Below, piece by piece: positions 18,266 through 29,437 of a stretch of 56,784 nucleotides of DNA; within the stretch, counting starts at the first letter, position 1, and each line of letters begins with the position of its first letter. The stretch spans positions 1-56,784 of the forward strand of contig CAZVES010000001.1 in assembly GCA_964625835.1 (NCBI GenBank), written 5' to 3'. The stretch is from an uncultured Hyphomonadaceae bacterium (lineage in GTDB: Bacteria > Pseudomonadota > Alphaproteobacteria > Caulobacterales > Hyphomonadaceae). A model generated the notes under the pieces. That model had not been told where the DNA came from and did no database searches. It saw only the letters and a list, made by a program, of their open reading frames with translations. Position numbers and translations under genes: made by a program.

Positions 18266-19684
18266 ATGGGGCGAGACATGCTGCAGTCCATTGGGCACCT
18301 GCCGATGGTTTGGATGGCGTTCGCGATTCTCGCGGTCGGCGGCTGCCTTGCCTTTGTGGCGGGCCGTGCTGCGGCCATGGGTTTTCTCGCCACTGGAGAA
18401 GGCCGCCTGAACTCCCGGCCCAATTACCACGGATACTATGTGGCCATGTGGGCCATTGTGCCCGCGGCCCTGATACTGGTCGGGTACGGACTGTTTGGCG
18501 CTTCAATCACGCGCAGTCTGCTGGGTGGTGAACTGCCATCGGGCTTTGCCGACCTTGAGTCCCTGCAGATGTCCCAGTATCTCGACAGGGTCGCCGAAGC
18601 GGCGCGCATGGACCCGGCGACCTATGGGAGCGCTCCCATTTTCTCCGCGATCACAGAGCGGTTCCTGGTTCTGTCGGGAGCGGTGAAACTGACAACGATC
18701 CTTGGGGCTCTTGCGGTCGCTGGCGCGGGCGCATTCTATGCACGCACGCGGCTGGCCGGGGTATTTCGTGCAAGGGCCCAGGTCGAGAATGGTCTTCAGT
18801 TCCTTTTCTTTCTGTGCGCCGCGATTGCCGTTGCCACCACGGTCGGCATCGTTGCATCGCTGTTCTTTGAATCCTTGCGCTTCTTTGCCCAGATCCCATT
18901 CTTCAGCTTTGTCTTCGGCACGGAATGGAACGCCCAGACCAATGCGGACTTTGGCGCAATCCCGCTCTTCTTCGGCACCTTCATCATCTCCCTGATCGCC
19001 ATGTGCGTGGCCGCGCCCGTGGGGCTCTATGCGGCGATCTACCTGTCTGAATATGCCGGTCCGAAGGTGCGCGGCTGGGTCAAGCCTATGCTGGAGGTGC
19101 TGGCGGGCATTCCGACGGTTGTCTACGGCTTCTTTGCCATCCTCGTCGTGGCACCCTTTGTGCGCGAAGGCGCGCTCTGGTTGAACGGACTGCCCTTCAT
19201 TCCCGATGAGTTCTTTGCGGCCTCCTCGACGAACGCTCTGGCCGCCGGTCTCGTCATGGGGGTGATGATCATTCCCTTCGTCTCCTCCCTGTCAGACGAT
19301 GTGATCAATGCCGTGCCCCAATCTCTGCGCGACGGGGCCTATGCCATGGGCGCGACCAGGTCCGAGACGGTCAAGCAAGTCATCATGCCCGCCGCTCTTC
19401 CCGGCATCATCGCGGCGCTCCTGCTGGCGGTCTCGCGTGCGATTGGCGAGACCATGATCGTGGTCATGGCAGCGGGCCTTCGACCCCAGATCACGGCGGA
19501 CCCCACGGCGGAAATCACCACCATCACCGTGCAGATCGTGTCCCTGCTGACCGGTGACAGTGAGTTTGACAGCCCCAAGACGCTCTCAGCCTTTGCGCTG
19601 GGTTTTGTCCTGTTCCTGATGACGCTGGTGTTCAATCTGATCGCGCTGCGCGTGGTCCAGAAATACCGGGAAAAGTATGACTGA
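18266..19684 (+). CDS. pstC: phosphate ABC transporter permease PstC (long form)
   Basis: Polytopic ORF with the permease EAA-type region (...AVSRAIGETMIVVMAAG...). ATG 18266 is preceded by GGAGG. The ORF-track start at 18212 overlaps the Pho box region. Confidence 0.85.
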   Translation: MGRDMLQSIGHLPMVWMAFAILAVGGCLAFVAGRAAAMGFLATGEGRLNSRPNYHGYYVAMWAIVPAALILVGYGLFGASITRSLLGGELPSGFADLESLQMSQYLDRVAEAARMDPATYGSAPIFSAITERFLVLSGAVKLTTILGALAVAGAGAFYARTRLAGVFRARAQVENGLQFLFFLCAAIAVATTVGIVASLFFESLRFFAQIPFFSFVFGTEWNAQTNADFGAIPLFFGTFIISLIAMCVAAPVGLYAAIYLSEYAGPKVRGWVKPMLEVLAGIPTVVYGFFAILVVAPFVREGALWLNGLPFIPDEFFAASSTNALAAGLVMGVMIIPFVSSLSDDVINAVPQSLRDGAYAMGATRSETVKQVIMPAALPGIIAALLLAVSRAIGETMIVVMAAGLRPQITADPTAEITTITVQIVSLLTGDSEFDSPKTLSAFALGFVLFLMTLVFNLIALRVVQKYREKYD

Positions 19685-21281
19685 TACCTTGCCTGCGAAC
19701 CCCAGCCCTGCACCGGCCAGCTTCAATGATGAAGCGGCCCGCATGCGGCTGAAGAAACGTCATGCCGCCGAGCGCCGCTTCCAGGCCTACGGTATAGCCG
19801 CGATCGGCGTGGCGCTGGCCTTTCTTGTGCTGTTTATCGCTTCGATCGGGAGTCAGGCACTGACGGCGTTCTCCCACCACAAGATCAGCTTTGACCTGCC
19901 CCTCGCCGCCGACGTGGTCGCGCCCGAGGGCGTCGGCAACACCGAAGCGATAGCTGAGAATGTGTCTGGCTTTTACCAGCTGGTGCGCGAGGATCTGGCA
20001 CGGAGCTTCCCGGAAGCCGCGCGGGACGGCAACACGCGCGAACTCAATGACCTTGTCACGCGCCTGGCCGTCCTGCCCATGGCCAGGGCGACCGCAGAGA
20101 ATCCCGGTCGCATTGGCGAGACCGTGACCTACAACACGGCCCTGTCCGATGACCTTGACCTTTACCTGAAAGGTGCAGTGGCACCGGAGACGCGTTTCCG
20201 GACCGGGATCGTGACAGGAGCAACCCGGATTTCGCTCGATGGTGCCGAGCGTGTGACCCTGACAGGGGTCGAGGCGTTTGACCGTTTGTCTGGGCTTGTT
20301 GAAGCGCCTGCGGGCAATGATGGCGCCGAAGCTGGGCAGAGTGTCCTGATCCAGGCCGGGTCAACCGTGGCGCGTGTGCTCGAGGCCACGCCGGACGAGG
20401 CATTGGTCGAAGTCCTGACCGGTGACCTTTCGGCCTTTGAGGGTCAGCGGGCCGATGTGCGCATCATTGGCCTGGCCGAGGATGCTCGGAACATGAGCGA
20501 CCGTCAGATCGCATGGACACTGGCACTCATGGAAGACGGTCGTATCTCGCGCCAGTTCAACTGGGCCCTGCTGACGAACGCCGATTCCACATATCCGGAA
20601 ATAGCCGGCGTCCTCTCCGCCATCGTGGGATCGCTGTTCACCATGCTGATCACCGCGATGATTGCGATCCCCATCGGTATCTGCGCGGCGATTTATCTAG
20701 AAGAGTACGCGCCGAAGAACCGCCTGACCGACCTGATCGAAGTCAACATCAACAACCTGGCCGCTGTGCCTTCGATTGTCTTTGGCCTTCTGGGTGCAGC
20801 CGTGTTCATCAACTTCCTTGCCCTGCCGCGATCGGCGCCCCTTGTCGGCGGGCTTGTGCTGGGACTTATGACATTGCCAACCGTGATCATCGCCTCGCGC
20901 GCCGCCCTGAGATCGGTGCCCCCGTCGATCCGCAGTGCTGCGCTCGGGGTCGGAGCGTCGAAGACCCAGACCGTCATGCACCACGTGTTACCCTTGGCGG
21001 CGCCTGGCATCATGACCGGCGCGATCATTGGCATGGCCCGCGCCCTGGGCGAGACGGCGCCGCTCCTGCTGATCGGAATGGTGGCCTTCGTGGCCGAGGT
21101 GCCGTCAGGTCCAACCGATGAGGCGACGGCCCTCCCGGTCCTGATCTTCAAATGGTCGACCGGGGCCGAGCGCGCCTGGGAGCCCAATACGGCGGCTGCG
21201 ATTGTCGTGCTGTTGTCCTTCATGGTGTTGATGAATGCAGCAGCGGTGTTTCTGCGCCGCCGCTTTGAGCGGAGATGGTAA
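19677..21281 (+). CDS. pstA: phosphate ABC transporter permease PstA (long form)
   Basis: 534 aa with a C-terminal permease core (...[17 protein letters not shown]...). It overlaps pstC by 8 nt. Confidence 0.85.
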   Translation: MTDTLPANPSPAPASFNDEAARMRLKKRHAAERRFQAYGIAAIGVALAFLVLFIASIGSQALTAFSHHKISFDLPLAADVVAPEGVGNTEAIAENVSGFYQLVREDLARSFPEAARDGNTRELNDLVTRLAVLPMARATAENPGRIGETVTYNTALSDDLDLYLKGAVAPETRFRTGIVTGATRISLDGAERVTLTGVEAFDRLSGLVEAPAGNDGAEAGQSVLIQAGSTVARVLEATPDEALVEVLTGDLSAFEGQRADVRIIGLAEDARNMSDRQIAWTLALMEDGRISRQFNWALLTNADSTYPEIAGVLSAIVGSLFTMLITAMIAIPIGICAAIYLEEYAPKNRLTDLIEVNINNLAAVPSIVFGLLGAAVFINFLALPRSAPLVGGLVLGLMTLPTVIIASRAALRSVPPSIRSAALGVGASKTQTVMHHVLPLAAPGIMTGAIIGMARALGETAPLLLIGMVAFVAEVPSGPTDEATALPVLIFKWSTGAERAWEPNTAAAIVVLLSFMVLMNAAAVFLRRRFERRW

Positions 21282-21283
21282 GC

Positions 21284-22120
21284 ATGACAGAGCAGGCGAC
21301 TGGCAAGGGCGACCCGGCGCAGGAGATCGGCGACGTAGAGAAAACGGCAGACGCGTCGCAAAACCTGACCAAGGTGGATTGTCGCCACATCGACGTCTTC
21401 TACGGAGACAAGCAGGCGATCTTCGACATCTCGATGGTGATTCCCGAACGGGCCGTGACCGCATTCATCGGGCCGTCAGGGTGCGGAAAGTCGACGTTCC
21501 TGCGATGCCTGAACCGCATGAACGACACGATCGAGAGTGCCAGGGTCGAGGGCCAGGTGATCATTGATGGCCAGGATGTGAACTCCGAACAGGTCGACCC
21601 TGTCCTGTTGCGTTCACGCGTCGGGATGGTCTTCCAGAAGCCAAACCCGTTTCCGAAGTCAATCTACGACAATATTGCCTACGGCCCGCGCATCCATGGC
21701 TTCGCCTCGTCTCGGTCCGACCTGGATGAGATCGTGGAGACCAGCCTGACCCGGGCAGGGCTCTGGCAAGAAGTCAAGGACCGGCTCAGCCAGCCGGGCA
21801 CGGGACTGTCGGGCGGTCAGCAACAGCGCCTATGCATTGCTCGGGCCATCGCGGTGAGCCCGGAAGTGATCCTGATGGATGAGCCCTGTTCGGCCCTGGA
21901 TCCGATTGCAACCGCGCGCATTGAAGAGCTGATCGACGAGTTGCGCGAACGCTTCTGCATCGTGATTGTGACCCATTCCATGCAACAGGCGGCACGGGTC
22001 TCGCAGCGCACAGCATTTTTCCATCTTGGAAAGCTCGTCGAGTATGGTGAGACCGAGCAGGTGTTCACCAACCCGTCCGATACGCGCACGCAGGACTACA
22101 TCACCGGTCGGTTTGGCTGA
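21284..22120 (+). CDS. pstB: phosphate ABC transporter ATP-binding protein PstB
   Basis: Walker [10 protein letters not shown], signature LSGGQQQRL and Walker B ILMDEP are present. An alternative start is ATG 21275. Confidence 0.9.
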   Translation: MTEQATGKGDPAQEIGDVEKTADASQNLTKVDCRHIDVFYGDKQAIFDISMVIPERAVTAFIGPSGCGKSTFLRCLNRMNDTIESARVEGQVIIDGQDVNSEQVDPVLLRSRVGMVFQKPNPFPKSIYDNIAYGPRIHGFASSRSDLDEIVETSLTRAGLWQEVKDRLSQPGTGLSGGQQQRLCIARAIAVSPEVILMDEPCSALDPIATARIEELIDELRERFCIVIVTHSMQQAARVSQRTAFFHLGKLVEYGETEQVFTNPSDTRTQDYITGRFG

Positions 22121-22186
22121 TCGCCGCCGGGCGGAGGACCATAAAGTTAGCACGTCAAAGTGGCCCTTTTGGGAGTACCAGTCTAA

Positions 22187-22888
22187 ATGGAACATATGAC
22201 GACCCATATTGTTTCCGCATTTTCTGAAGAGCTTGAGCATCTTTCGGCCGACATTCTTCGTATGGGAGGGGTCGCCGAGACGATGATCGACAAGGCGTGC
22301 ACCGCCCTTGTGACCGGCAACCAGTCGCTCGCCGACGAAACCTCCGAAATGGATGACATCGTTGATGCCATCGAGGTCGAGGTCGAGCGGCGCATCATGC
22401 GCCTTCTCGCCTTGCGCCAGCCCATGGCGCATGATCTCAGGTCCGTCGTGGCCGCGCTGAAAGTCGCGTCTGAACTGGAGCGGGTCGGCGACCTGTCGAA
22501 GAACATCGCCAAGCGCGTCTCGCCGCTGGCGGGCGTCGATGTTTCCAGTGCGATCAAGGGCATTGAGCGCATGGGGCGCGGTGTCCAGCAGCAATTGCAC
22601 GGCATTCTCGATGCTTACTCGGAGTCCGACGCCGAACTGACCCTGAAAGTCTGGGTCGGCGATGAGGACATCGACCAGCATTACAATTCGCTGTTCCGGG
22701 AGGTGCTGACCTACATGATGCAGGACCCCAGCCTGATTGGCGCGGGCACCCACCTGATGTTCATCGCGAAGAACCTTGAACGGATCGGCGACCATTGTAC
22801 CAACATTGCAGAGATCGTGCACTATCAGGTAACAGGAACCTACCTGTCCTCGAGCGCGCGACCCAAGGCTCCGCTCCTGGAGGGATGA
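22187..22888 (+). CDS. phoU: phosphate signalling complex protein PhoU
   Basis: 233 aa with duplicated PhoU repeats (...ELERVGDLSKNIAKR... / ...NLERIGDHCTNIAE...). Confidence 0.9.
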   Translation: MEHMTTHIVSAFSEELEHLSADILRMGGVAETMIDKACTALVTGNQSLADETSEMDDIVDAIEVEVERRIMRLLALRQPMAHDLRSVVAALKVASELERVGDLSKNIAKRVSPLAGVDVSSAIKGIERMGRGVQQQLHGILDAYSESDAELTLKVWVGDEDIDQHYNSLFREVLTYMMQDPSLIGAGTHLMFIAKNLERIGDHCTNIAEIVHYQVTGTYLSSSARPKAPLLEG

Positions 22889-22890
22889 AC

Positions 22891-23616
22891 ATGAATCGTC
22901 AGACCATCGAGAAGCGGGGGCGAGAGACGATGAAACCCTATGTCCTGATTGCAGAAGACGATGAAGGCGTGGTCGAACTGCTCAAGTACAATCTCCTGAA
23001 TGAGGATTACGAGGCCGGCATCGCCGTGGATGGCGAAGAGACTCTGATGATGATTGAAGAGCGTGCGCCGGATCTCCTGCTGCTGGACTGGATGCTGCCG
23101 AAGGTGCCGGGCATTGAGGTGTGCCGCCGGGTCCGCTCGCGCGGTGACACGGCCAACATGCCGATCATCATGCTTACGGCGCGCAGTGAGGAAACCGACC
23201 GAATCCGTGGGCTGGACACAGGCGCTGATGACTATGTGACGAAACCCTTCTCAACCACGGAACTGATGGCGCGTGTTCGCGCCGTCATGCGCCGCATCCG
23301 GCCCGGGCTCATGGAAGACAGGCTGGTCATTGGCGACATCACCATCGACCGCAGCGCCCACACCGTCGAGCGCGCAGGCCAAAGCATTCATCTCGGCCCC
23401 ACCGAGTTCAGGCTGCTGGATTATTTCATGCAGCATCCCGGCCGGGTGTTTTCCCGTGAACAACTCCTCGACAGTGTCTGGGGCTCCGATGTGTATGTCG
23501 AAGCGCGCACGGTGGATGTGCATGTCGGGCGCTTGCGCAAGGCGCTCAAGGAGAATGGCGGGGACGATCCCATCCGCACCGTGAGAAGCGCCGGTTACGC
23601 CCTGAAATCCGATTGA
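22891..23616 (+). CDS. phoB: phosphate regulon response regulator PhoB (OmpR family)
   Basis: Receiver domain (...VLIAEDDEGVV...DLLLLDWMLP...) plus a winged-helix output domain (...VDVHVGRLRKAL...). The start is uncertain: ATG 22891 has GGAGGG upstream, or ATG 22930. Its position after phoU supports the call. Confidence 0.85.
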   Translation: MNRQTIEKRGRETMKPYVLIAEDDEGVVELLKYNLLNEDYEAGIAVDGEETLMMIEERAPDLLLLDWMLPKVPGIEVCRRVRSRGDTANMPIIMLTARSEETDRIRGLDTGADDYVTKPFSTTELMARVRAVMRRIRPGLMEDRLVIGDITIDRSAHTVERAGQSIHLGPTEFRLLDYFMQHPGRVFSREQLLDSVWGSDVYVEARTVDVHVGRLRKALKENGGDDPIRTVRSAGYALKSD

Positions 23617-23637
23617 ATCCGTCTACGCGCGGCGTGA

Positions 23638-24834
23638 TCAAAGCCCCAGTACGCGCTTGGCGATGATGTTCTTCTGAATCTCATTCGTCCCGCCATAGAT
23701 GCTTTGCGCGCGGCCGCCGAGATAGCCGCTCACCGCAGGTGGCGCATATGCGGTTTCCGGAGCCTCGTTGAAGTCACCGCGCGCTGAATCCGGCGTCTTC
23801 GCCAGTGCTGCGCGCGCACCGGCCTCCAGCATCAGTTCCGTGATCTGCTGGTGGGTTTCTGTCGCGAGGATCTTCACAATGGAGGCCTCATTTCCCGGCG
23901 ATCCACCCGCGCTGACAGCCGACAGGATGCGCAGCACCTGCATCTCCAGCCCATCCAGCGCGATGGTCGCCGCCGAGAGCTTGTGGGCAAACGCCTCGTC
24001 ATCGATCAGGCGCCGGTTGCCGCCATCCTCGGCCGCGCTGGCCAGCATGCGCAAATCCGCCAGCATTTTCCGCTTGCCGCCGATGCGCGCATAGGAGGTG
24101 CGCTCATGGCCGAGCAGGTACTGGCTGTAGCCCCAGCCCTTGCCTTCCTCGCCGATGCGATAGTCCAGCGGCACGCGGACATTCTCGAAATGGACCTGGT
24201 TCAGCACATGCTTGCCGTCGATGGTGATGATCGGCGTCAGCGTCACGCCCGGCCTGTCCATCTCGCTGCAGATGAAGGTGATGCCTTCCTGCTTCTTTCC
24301 CTCATTTGAGGTGCGCGCGAGAATAAAGACCCAGTCGGCATGCTGGGCGGCGCTGGTCCAGATCTTGGTGCCGTTGAGGACATACTCATCGCCTTCGCGG
24401 ACGGCTGAGAATTGCAGGCTGGCGAGGTCAGAACCCGAATTCGGCTCTGAGTAGCCCTGCGCCCAGCCATCCCGGCCCGAGCGGATTCCGTCGAGCCACT
24501 TTTCCTTCTGGTCGTCGGAGCCGAAGGTGTAGATCACCGGGCCGACATAGATGACGCCCATTGGGGTCACGGTCGGCGCGCCGGCGCGTTCCAGCTCTTC
24601 GTCGAAGATATACTGTTCCTCAAGGCTCCAGCCCGGGCCGCCATATTCTTCTGGCCAGGCGCTGGCCAGCCAGCCCTTCGAGCCGAGGGCCATCTCGGCC
24701 TTGCGCACTTCGGCCGTGGTCAGCGACCGGTTCTCGCGCACCTTTGCCAGTATGTCCTGAGGATACTCCTTTTCGAAGTAGGCGCGCACTTCGGCGCGAA
24801 AACCGTCAAGGGCGGGGTCGAAACTCATGTCCAT
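23638..24834 (-). CDS. acyl-CoA dehydrogenase family protein
   Basis: 398 aa, ACAD-like throughout (...GYSEPNSGSDLASL...; C-terminal ...IYGGTNEIQKNIIAKRVLGL). Confidence 0.85.
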   Translation of the reverse strand: MDMSFDPALDGFRAEVRAYFEKEYPQDILAKVRENRSLTTAEVRKAEMALGSKGWLASAWPEEYGGPGWSLEEQYIFDEELERAGAPTVTPMGVIYVGPVIYTFGSDDQKEKWLDGIRSGRDGWAQGYSEPNSGSDLASLQFSAVREGDEYVLNGTKIWTSAAQHADWVFILARTSNEGKKQEGITFICSEMDRPGVTLTPIITIDGKHVLNQVHFENVRVPLDYRIGEEGKGWGYSQYLLGHERTSYARIGGKRKMLADLRMLASAAEDGGNRRLIDDEAFAHKLSAATIALDGLEMQVLRILSAVSAGGSPGNEASIVKILATETHQQITELMLEAGARAALAKTPDSARGDFNEAPETAYAPPAVSGYLGGRAQSIYGGTNEIQKNIIAKRVLGL

Positions 24835-24998
24835 GGCGCGTATCCTCTGTGTTGATAGGATGAACGTAACGCCGAAACGCGCCGCGCATAGTCCACACCT
24901 TGCGACACGCTACGCCAGGCTCGGCGATTGACGCGCCCCGGCGCGGCACTACGGTCGCGCCGCAGTGATTCAAGAATGACTTGTGAAGGGGCAGAGGC

Positions 24999-26300
24999 AT
25001 GGACGCCTGGTTCAGGATAGATTTGTGGAAACGCGTGATTGCCTTCCTCCTGCTCGGCCTCGCGGTCGGTCTCGGCATCCGTTACGGCATGGGCGCGGAT
25101 CAGGGCGGGGCCTTCGCCACAACCTGGTTTGGCTGGATCGGCGACCTTTTCCTGCGACTGATCCGGATGCTGATCGTGCCCCTGATCTTCTTCACCCTGG
25201 TTTCCGGGATCATCGCCATGGGCGACCCCAAGCGGCTGGGCAGTCTGGGCCTTCGAACCCTTTCGCTGTACTTCGGGACGACCGCCATCGCTGTCACGCT
25301 CGGCCTGATCGTGGCCACCGTGTTCCAGCCAGGCGCCAGCCTTTCGCCCGAGACATTCGCCGGGGCCGACGTATCCAGAATGCAGGATGTCGCCGAACGC
25401 GCCAACGAGGCGGGCGGCCTTGTGGACCGGCTCCTGCGCATCGTGCCGACCAATCCGGTCGAGGCACTTGCGAATGGAGATATCCTCCAGATCATCTTCT
25501 TTTCCATCATGTTCGGCGTGGGCATCCTCGCCGCGGGCGAGATCGCCAGGCCGGTTGCGAACTTCATGGATGGGGCATCCGAGGCCATGATGAAGGTGAC
25601 CATGTTCGTGATGGAAACCGCGCCGTTCGGCGTCTTCGGGCTCATGGTGACGGTGATGGCGACCCAGGGCCTTGGCGTCCTGCAAAGCCTCGGCACACTG
25701 GCGATTGCGCTGTACCTGGCCTGCGCGATCCACATCCTCGTCACCTATGGCGGCGTGATCATGACCTTGCTGTTGAAGCTCGACATGTTCAAGTTCCTGC
25801 GGGGCGTTACAGATGCCCAGGCGGTCGCCTATTCGACGGCCAGTTCGTCTGCGACGCTGCCAGTCACCATCACCTGTGCAGAGGAAAACCTCGGCGTGGA
25901 CAAAGCCATTGCCGGCTCTGTCCTGCCGCTTGGCGCGACCATCAACATGGATGGCACGGCGATCTATATCGGCATGGTGGCCCTGTTTGGTGCCCAGGCG
26001 ATGGGGATCGAGGTCTCGCTCGGCCAGTATGTGCTCGTCGCGCTCATGGCCACACTTGTATCGATCGGCGCGGCCGGCATTCCCAGCGCCGGGCTGTTCC
26101 TGTCAGGCCTTGCCCTCGCCCAGGTGGGCATTCCCGAGGAACAGGCCTTCCTGATCATCGGCTTCATCCTGCCCTTTGACCGGCTGCTCGACATGATGCG
26201 CACCCTGACAAATGTCACCGGCGACGCTGCGGTGGCCACGGCCGTGGCCAAGTGGGAAGGCGAGTTTGACAAGGACGTCTTTGACGCACCTGATATCTGA
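24999..26300 (+). CDS. dicarboxylate/amino acid:cation symporter (DAACS, GltP/DctA family)
   Basis: 433 aa with DAACS hallmarks (...LIRMLIVPLIFFTLVSGI..., ...SSSATLPVT..., ...NMDGTAIY..., ...DRLLDMMRTLTNVTGD...). Confidence 0.85.
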   Translation: MDAWFRIDLWKRVIAFLLLGLAVGLGIRYGMGADQGGAFATTWFGWIGDLFLRLIRMLIVPLIFFTLVSGIIAMGDPKRLGSLGLRTLSLYFGTTAIAVTLGLIVATVFQPGASLSPETFAGADVSRMQDVAERANEAGGLVDRLLRIVPTNPVEALANGDILQIIFFSIMFGVGILAAGEIARPVANFMDGASEAMMKVTMFVMETAPFGVFGLMVTVMATQGLGVLQSLGTLAIALYLACAIHILVTYGGVIMTLLLKLDMFKFLRGVTDAQAVAYSTASSSATLPVTITCAEENLGVDKAIAGSVLPLGATINMDGTAIYIGMVALFGAQAMGIEVSLGQYVLVALMATLVSIGAAGIPSAGLFLSGLALAQVGIPEEQAFLIIGFILPFDRLLDMMRTLTNVTGDAAVATAVAKWEGEFDKDVFDAPDI

Positions 26301-26305
26301 CGGGC

Positions 26306-29300
26306 CTACTCGGCTGCGGCGGGCTCGCTCCCGGCACCTGTAAAAATGCGCACCAGGCGCGTGAAGGGCTTCATCGTCATGATCCGAAAAACAGCCGGCG
26401 TGAAGTAAAGCGCCAGGATAGCAGAGCCCGCCACACCGCCTGCAATCGCCGCGGCCAACGGCATCCAGAATGCATCGCCGGCCAGCAGCAATGGTACGAA
26501 ACCTCCCATGGTCGTCAGCGTTGTCGCCACGATGTGGCGGGTGGCGTCCACGACCGTTTCGCGCTGGACAATGACATTATCAGCCATGCATTCCGGACTG
26601 GCCCGCAACATTGAAAGAACCACAATCGAGCCATTTATGGCGATGCCGAGCAGGCCGAGTGCGCCGATGATCGCGTTGAATCCCAGCGGAAGATTGAAAA
26701 GCCAAACCCCGAAAAATGCCACGAGGACTGACAGGAAGCCGACCGTCAGGATCAGCAGCGCCATCCGAAATGAGTTGAACACCAGTGCCACCGCCCCGGC
26801 CATCACGAGGATCAGCGGGATGCCCGTTGCGGCGAGATTGCCAAGGGCGTCGCCGCTGTTCTCGGCTTCGCCGCCCGTGATCTCCGAATATCCGCGCGGA
26901 AGCTCAAAGCCGCTTTCGGCAAGGCGTTGCTTGAAGTCGGCCAGGACAGGCGCGGGCAGGGTGTAAGGTTCCAGGAAGGCCTGGATGTCGTTCACGCGCT
27001 CGCCATCCCGCCGGGTGATGATCCCGATTTCCGGATCCAGTGTCAGGTCGCCAAGGGCGCTGAGCGGCGTGCCGTCACCGATCGTCTTGGCGCCGAGTTC
27101 GGCCGTTCCAGAGCGACGATTGTCACCCGCGAACACGATCACCGGAAGCTCCTCGACCCCTTCGAGTATCGAGCCCGCGCGAATGCCTTCGAGCTCGGCG
27201 TTCAGGGACCTCGCGATTCCTGTCAGGCGCTGGCCCGCAATGGCGGCGGCGGCCTCATCGGCTTGCAGCGTCAGGCGCGGTGTGCCGGTTTCCAGGCTGG
27301 CGGTCGTGTAGGTCACGCCCGGTGTCTGGGCCAGGATGCGCCGGGCCTCATCGCCGATCTGTGAGAGTGTGCGAAGGTCATCGCCGACATAAAGGACCTG
27401 GATCGGGGCGGGGGAAGGCGGACCCTGTTCGAATGGCAGCGCCAGGAACATGGCGCCGGGAAACTCGCGGCGCAGGTCGGCCTGCAGGTCTGAAATCATC
27501 TCGCGCGTGGCCGCGGCCGAACGGGTCTGGACCCAGCCCCCGGCGACGCCTTCGACGCCCTCGGTGTTGTTGATGGCGTTGTAGTAGACCCGCGGCGCAC
27601 TTTCGCCAATGGTCAGGTTGACCGTAATGACGTCCTTCTTGGCAAGCAGGAACGCCGTGGCGGCCTCCACAACCTCCACGATCTCGTCGGTCGAGGCCGA
27701 AGGCCCGAGGCTGACCTGGAGTTCGAACTGGTCTCGTTCGGTCTGGGGGAAGAACTGGCTGGGAAGCGTCCCCGCCACAAGTAGGCCAACCACGGCCGGC
27801 GCCAGGCCAAGCGCGATTCCCAGAGGCGGAAATCGTAGGACCGCGCCAATGGTGAAGCGGTACCCGTCACTGATCAGGTCAACGGCGATGCCGTCGCGCC
27901 ACCAGCGCCGCTTTCGATCCGCCCCGGTTTCATCGGCACGCTTGCGATCAAACCAGCCAGACAGGGCCGGGATGATGGTCATCGAGATCGCAAAGGACGA
28001 GACCACGGCGAAGATCACCGATACGCCGATCATTCCCACGAACTCGCCCGCCGATCCCGGCAGGAGCGCAATCGGCGCAAATGCCAGTGCTGTGGTCAGG
28101 GTCGAGGCAAACAGGGGCCCGGCCAGGTGACCGAGCGCATGGTCGATGGAATCGGCCCGGCCCATGCCCTTGCCGCGATTCTGGTCAAACTCATCGACGA
28201 CCACGATGGCATTGTCGATCAGGAGCCCGAGTGAAATCACCAGGCCCGTCACGGACATCTGGTGCAGCGGCATGCCGAAGACGTTGAAAAGGATCAGCAC
28301 GAGCAGCATGGTCAGTGGCAGGGCCATGCCGACGACAATGGCAGCGCGCCAGCCCATGCACAGGAACAGCACCAGCATCACGATGAAGGCCGACATCAGG
28401 AGGTTTCCTGACAATTCGCCAAGGCGTGCATTGGTGTATTCGCTCTGGTCGAAAACAATCTCGACCCTGACCCCCTGGGGTGCGTCGTCGATGAAGCCCT
28501 CCACCATGGTGCGCGCGCGGTCGGCCCATTGGTCGACGCGCTGACCGGTCTGGATGAATGCGCCTACGAGTACGGTGCGTTCGCCATTGTGGAAGTTCAG
28601 TCTGGTGACCGGCTCCTCAAGACCCTTGTTCACCTCTGCCACATCTCCAAGGCGGACGCTGGAGCCGTTGACATCCTGCACGAGGGGCACTTCGCGGATC
28701 CTCGAAATGGAATCGAATGAGCCGCCAATGTCGACGCCAACATTGCTGGAGCCTGTCCGCAATTCACCGGCCGGTGTCTTGGCGTCGGCCTGGCGTATGA
28801 TTTGTGCGGCCTGGAATGTGTCGAGTCCGGCCGCCGCCAGGGCATCCGGGTCCATGGTGACCGTGACCTGCTCGCGCGGAAGGCCGTAGAATGCGATTTC
28901 TTCTGTGCCGCCGAGATTCTGGAACTTGTCGCCCAACTGGTTTGCCATGCGGGACATGATGGCCAGTTCCGGTTCGCCAGAGCCTTCCCATGTGATCGCA
29001 ACCAGAATCGTGGACGCACCGATATACTGTCGCCGGACAAACGGCGCCGAAGTTCCCTCGGGAAAACTCGCCCGAGCCGCTTCGACCTGATTTCGAATGA
29101 GAGTCCAGGCGTCCTCCACCTCCGCGGCTGACAGGTCTTCGCGAATGTTGATGCCCACTTGGCTGACGCCGGCCCGTGAGGTGCTTTCGATCTGGTCCAT
29201 TTCCGGCAGTTCGCGCAGGGCGTCCTCGATGGGCTCTGTCACCAGCGCTTCCATGCGTTCGGCGTCTGCCCCGGGGAGTGTGGTCAGCACGAACCCGTAG

Positions 29301-29422
29301 CGCTCAATCAGTGTGGGGTCCTCCTGGCGGTCCAGGGTGATCAGGGCGCCCAGGCCACCCGCCAGGGCAACCAGAAGCAACAGGATGGTTAGGCGTGGTA
29401 GTCGGAAAAACAGGGTGCGCAT
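26306..29422 (-). CDS. RND efflux transporter, inner-membrane permease (AcrB/AcrD/AcrF family)
   Basis: 1038-aa ORF with 12-TM RND architecture and two large periplasmic loops. It lies downstream of the MFP gene. Confidence 0.85.
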   Translation of the reverse strand: MRTLFFRLPRLTILLLLVALAGGLGALITLDRQEDPTLIERYGFVLTTLPGADAERMEALVTEPIEDALRELPEMDQIESTSRAGVSQVGINIREDLSAAEVEDAWTLIRNQVEAARASFPEGTSAPFVRRQYIGASTILVAITWEGSGEPELAIMSRMANQLGDKFQNLGGTEEIAFYGLPREQVTVTMDPDALAAAGLDTFQAAQIIRQADAKTPAGELRTGSSNVGVDIGGSFDSISRIREVPLVQDVNGSSVRLGDVAEVNKGLEEPVTRLNFHNGERTVLVGAFIQTGQRVDQWADRARTMVEGFIDDAPQGVRVEIVFDQSEYTNARLGELSGNLLMSAFIVMLVLFLCMGWRAAIVVGMALPLTMLLVLILFNVFGMPLHQMSVTGLVISLGLLIDNAIVVVDEFDQNRGKGMGRADSIDHALGHLAGPLFASTLTTALAFAPIALLPGSAGEFVGMIGVSVIFAVVSSFAISMTIIPALSGWFDRKRADETGADRKRRWWRDGIAVDLISDGYRFTIGAVLRFPPLGIALGLAPAVVGLLVAGTLPSQFFPQTERDQFELQVSLGPSASTDEIVEVVEAATAFLLAKKDVITVNLTIGESAPRVYYNAINNTEGVEGVAGGWVQTRSAAATREMISDLQADLRREFPGAMFLALPFEQGPPSPAPIQVLYVGDDLRTLSQIGDEARRILAQTPGVTYTTASLETGTPRLTLQADEAAAAIAGQRLTGIARSLNAELEGIRAGSILEGVEELPVIVFAGDNRRSGTAELGAKTIGDGTPLSALGDLTLDPEIGIITRRDGERVNDIQAFLEPYTLPAPVLADFKQRLAESGFELPRGYSEITGGEAENSGDALGNLAATGIPLILVMAGAVALVFNSFRMALLILTVGFLSVLVAFFGVWLFNLPLGFNAIIGALGLLGIAINGSIVVLSMLRASPECMADNVIVQRETVVDATRHIVATTLTTMGGFVPLLLAGDAFWMPLAAAIAGGVAGSAILALYFTPAVFRIMTMKPFTRLVRIFTGAGSEPAAAE

Positions 29423-29437
29423 GGCCGTCGGCCCCTC

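Noticed and set aside
18149-23616. Absence of pstS from the pst-pho operon as a possible anomaly
   Set aside because: From memory, the pstCAB-phoU-phoB arrangement with unlinked pstS is the normal Caulobacter-type organisation. It is probably lineage-typical and not novel.
24825-26179. Alternative-frame ORFs (302 aa minus, 398 aa plus) overlapping the DAACS symporter gene
   Set aside because: Only the 24999..26300 frame gives a polytopic DAACS sequence. The other frames are Arg/Gly/His-rich nonsense.
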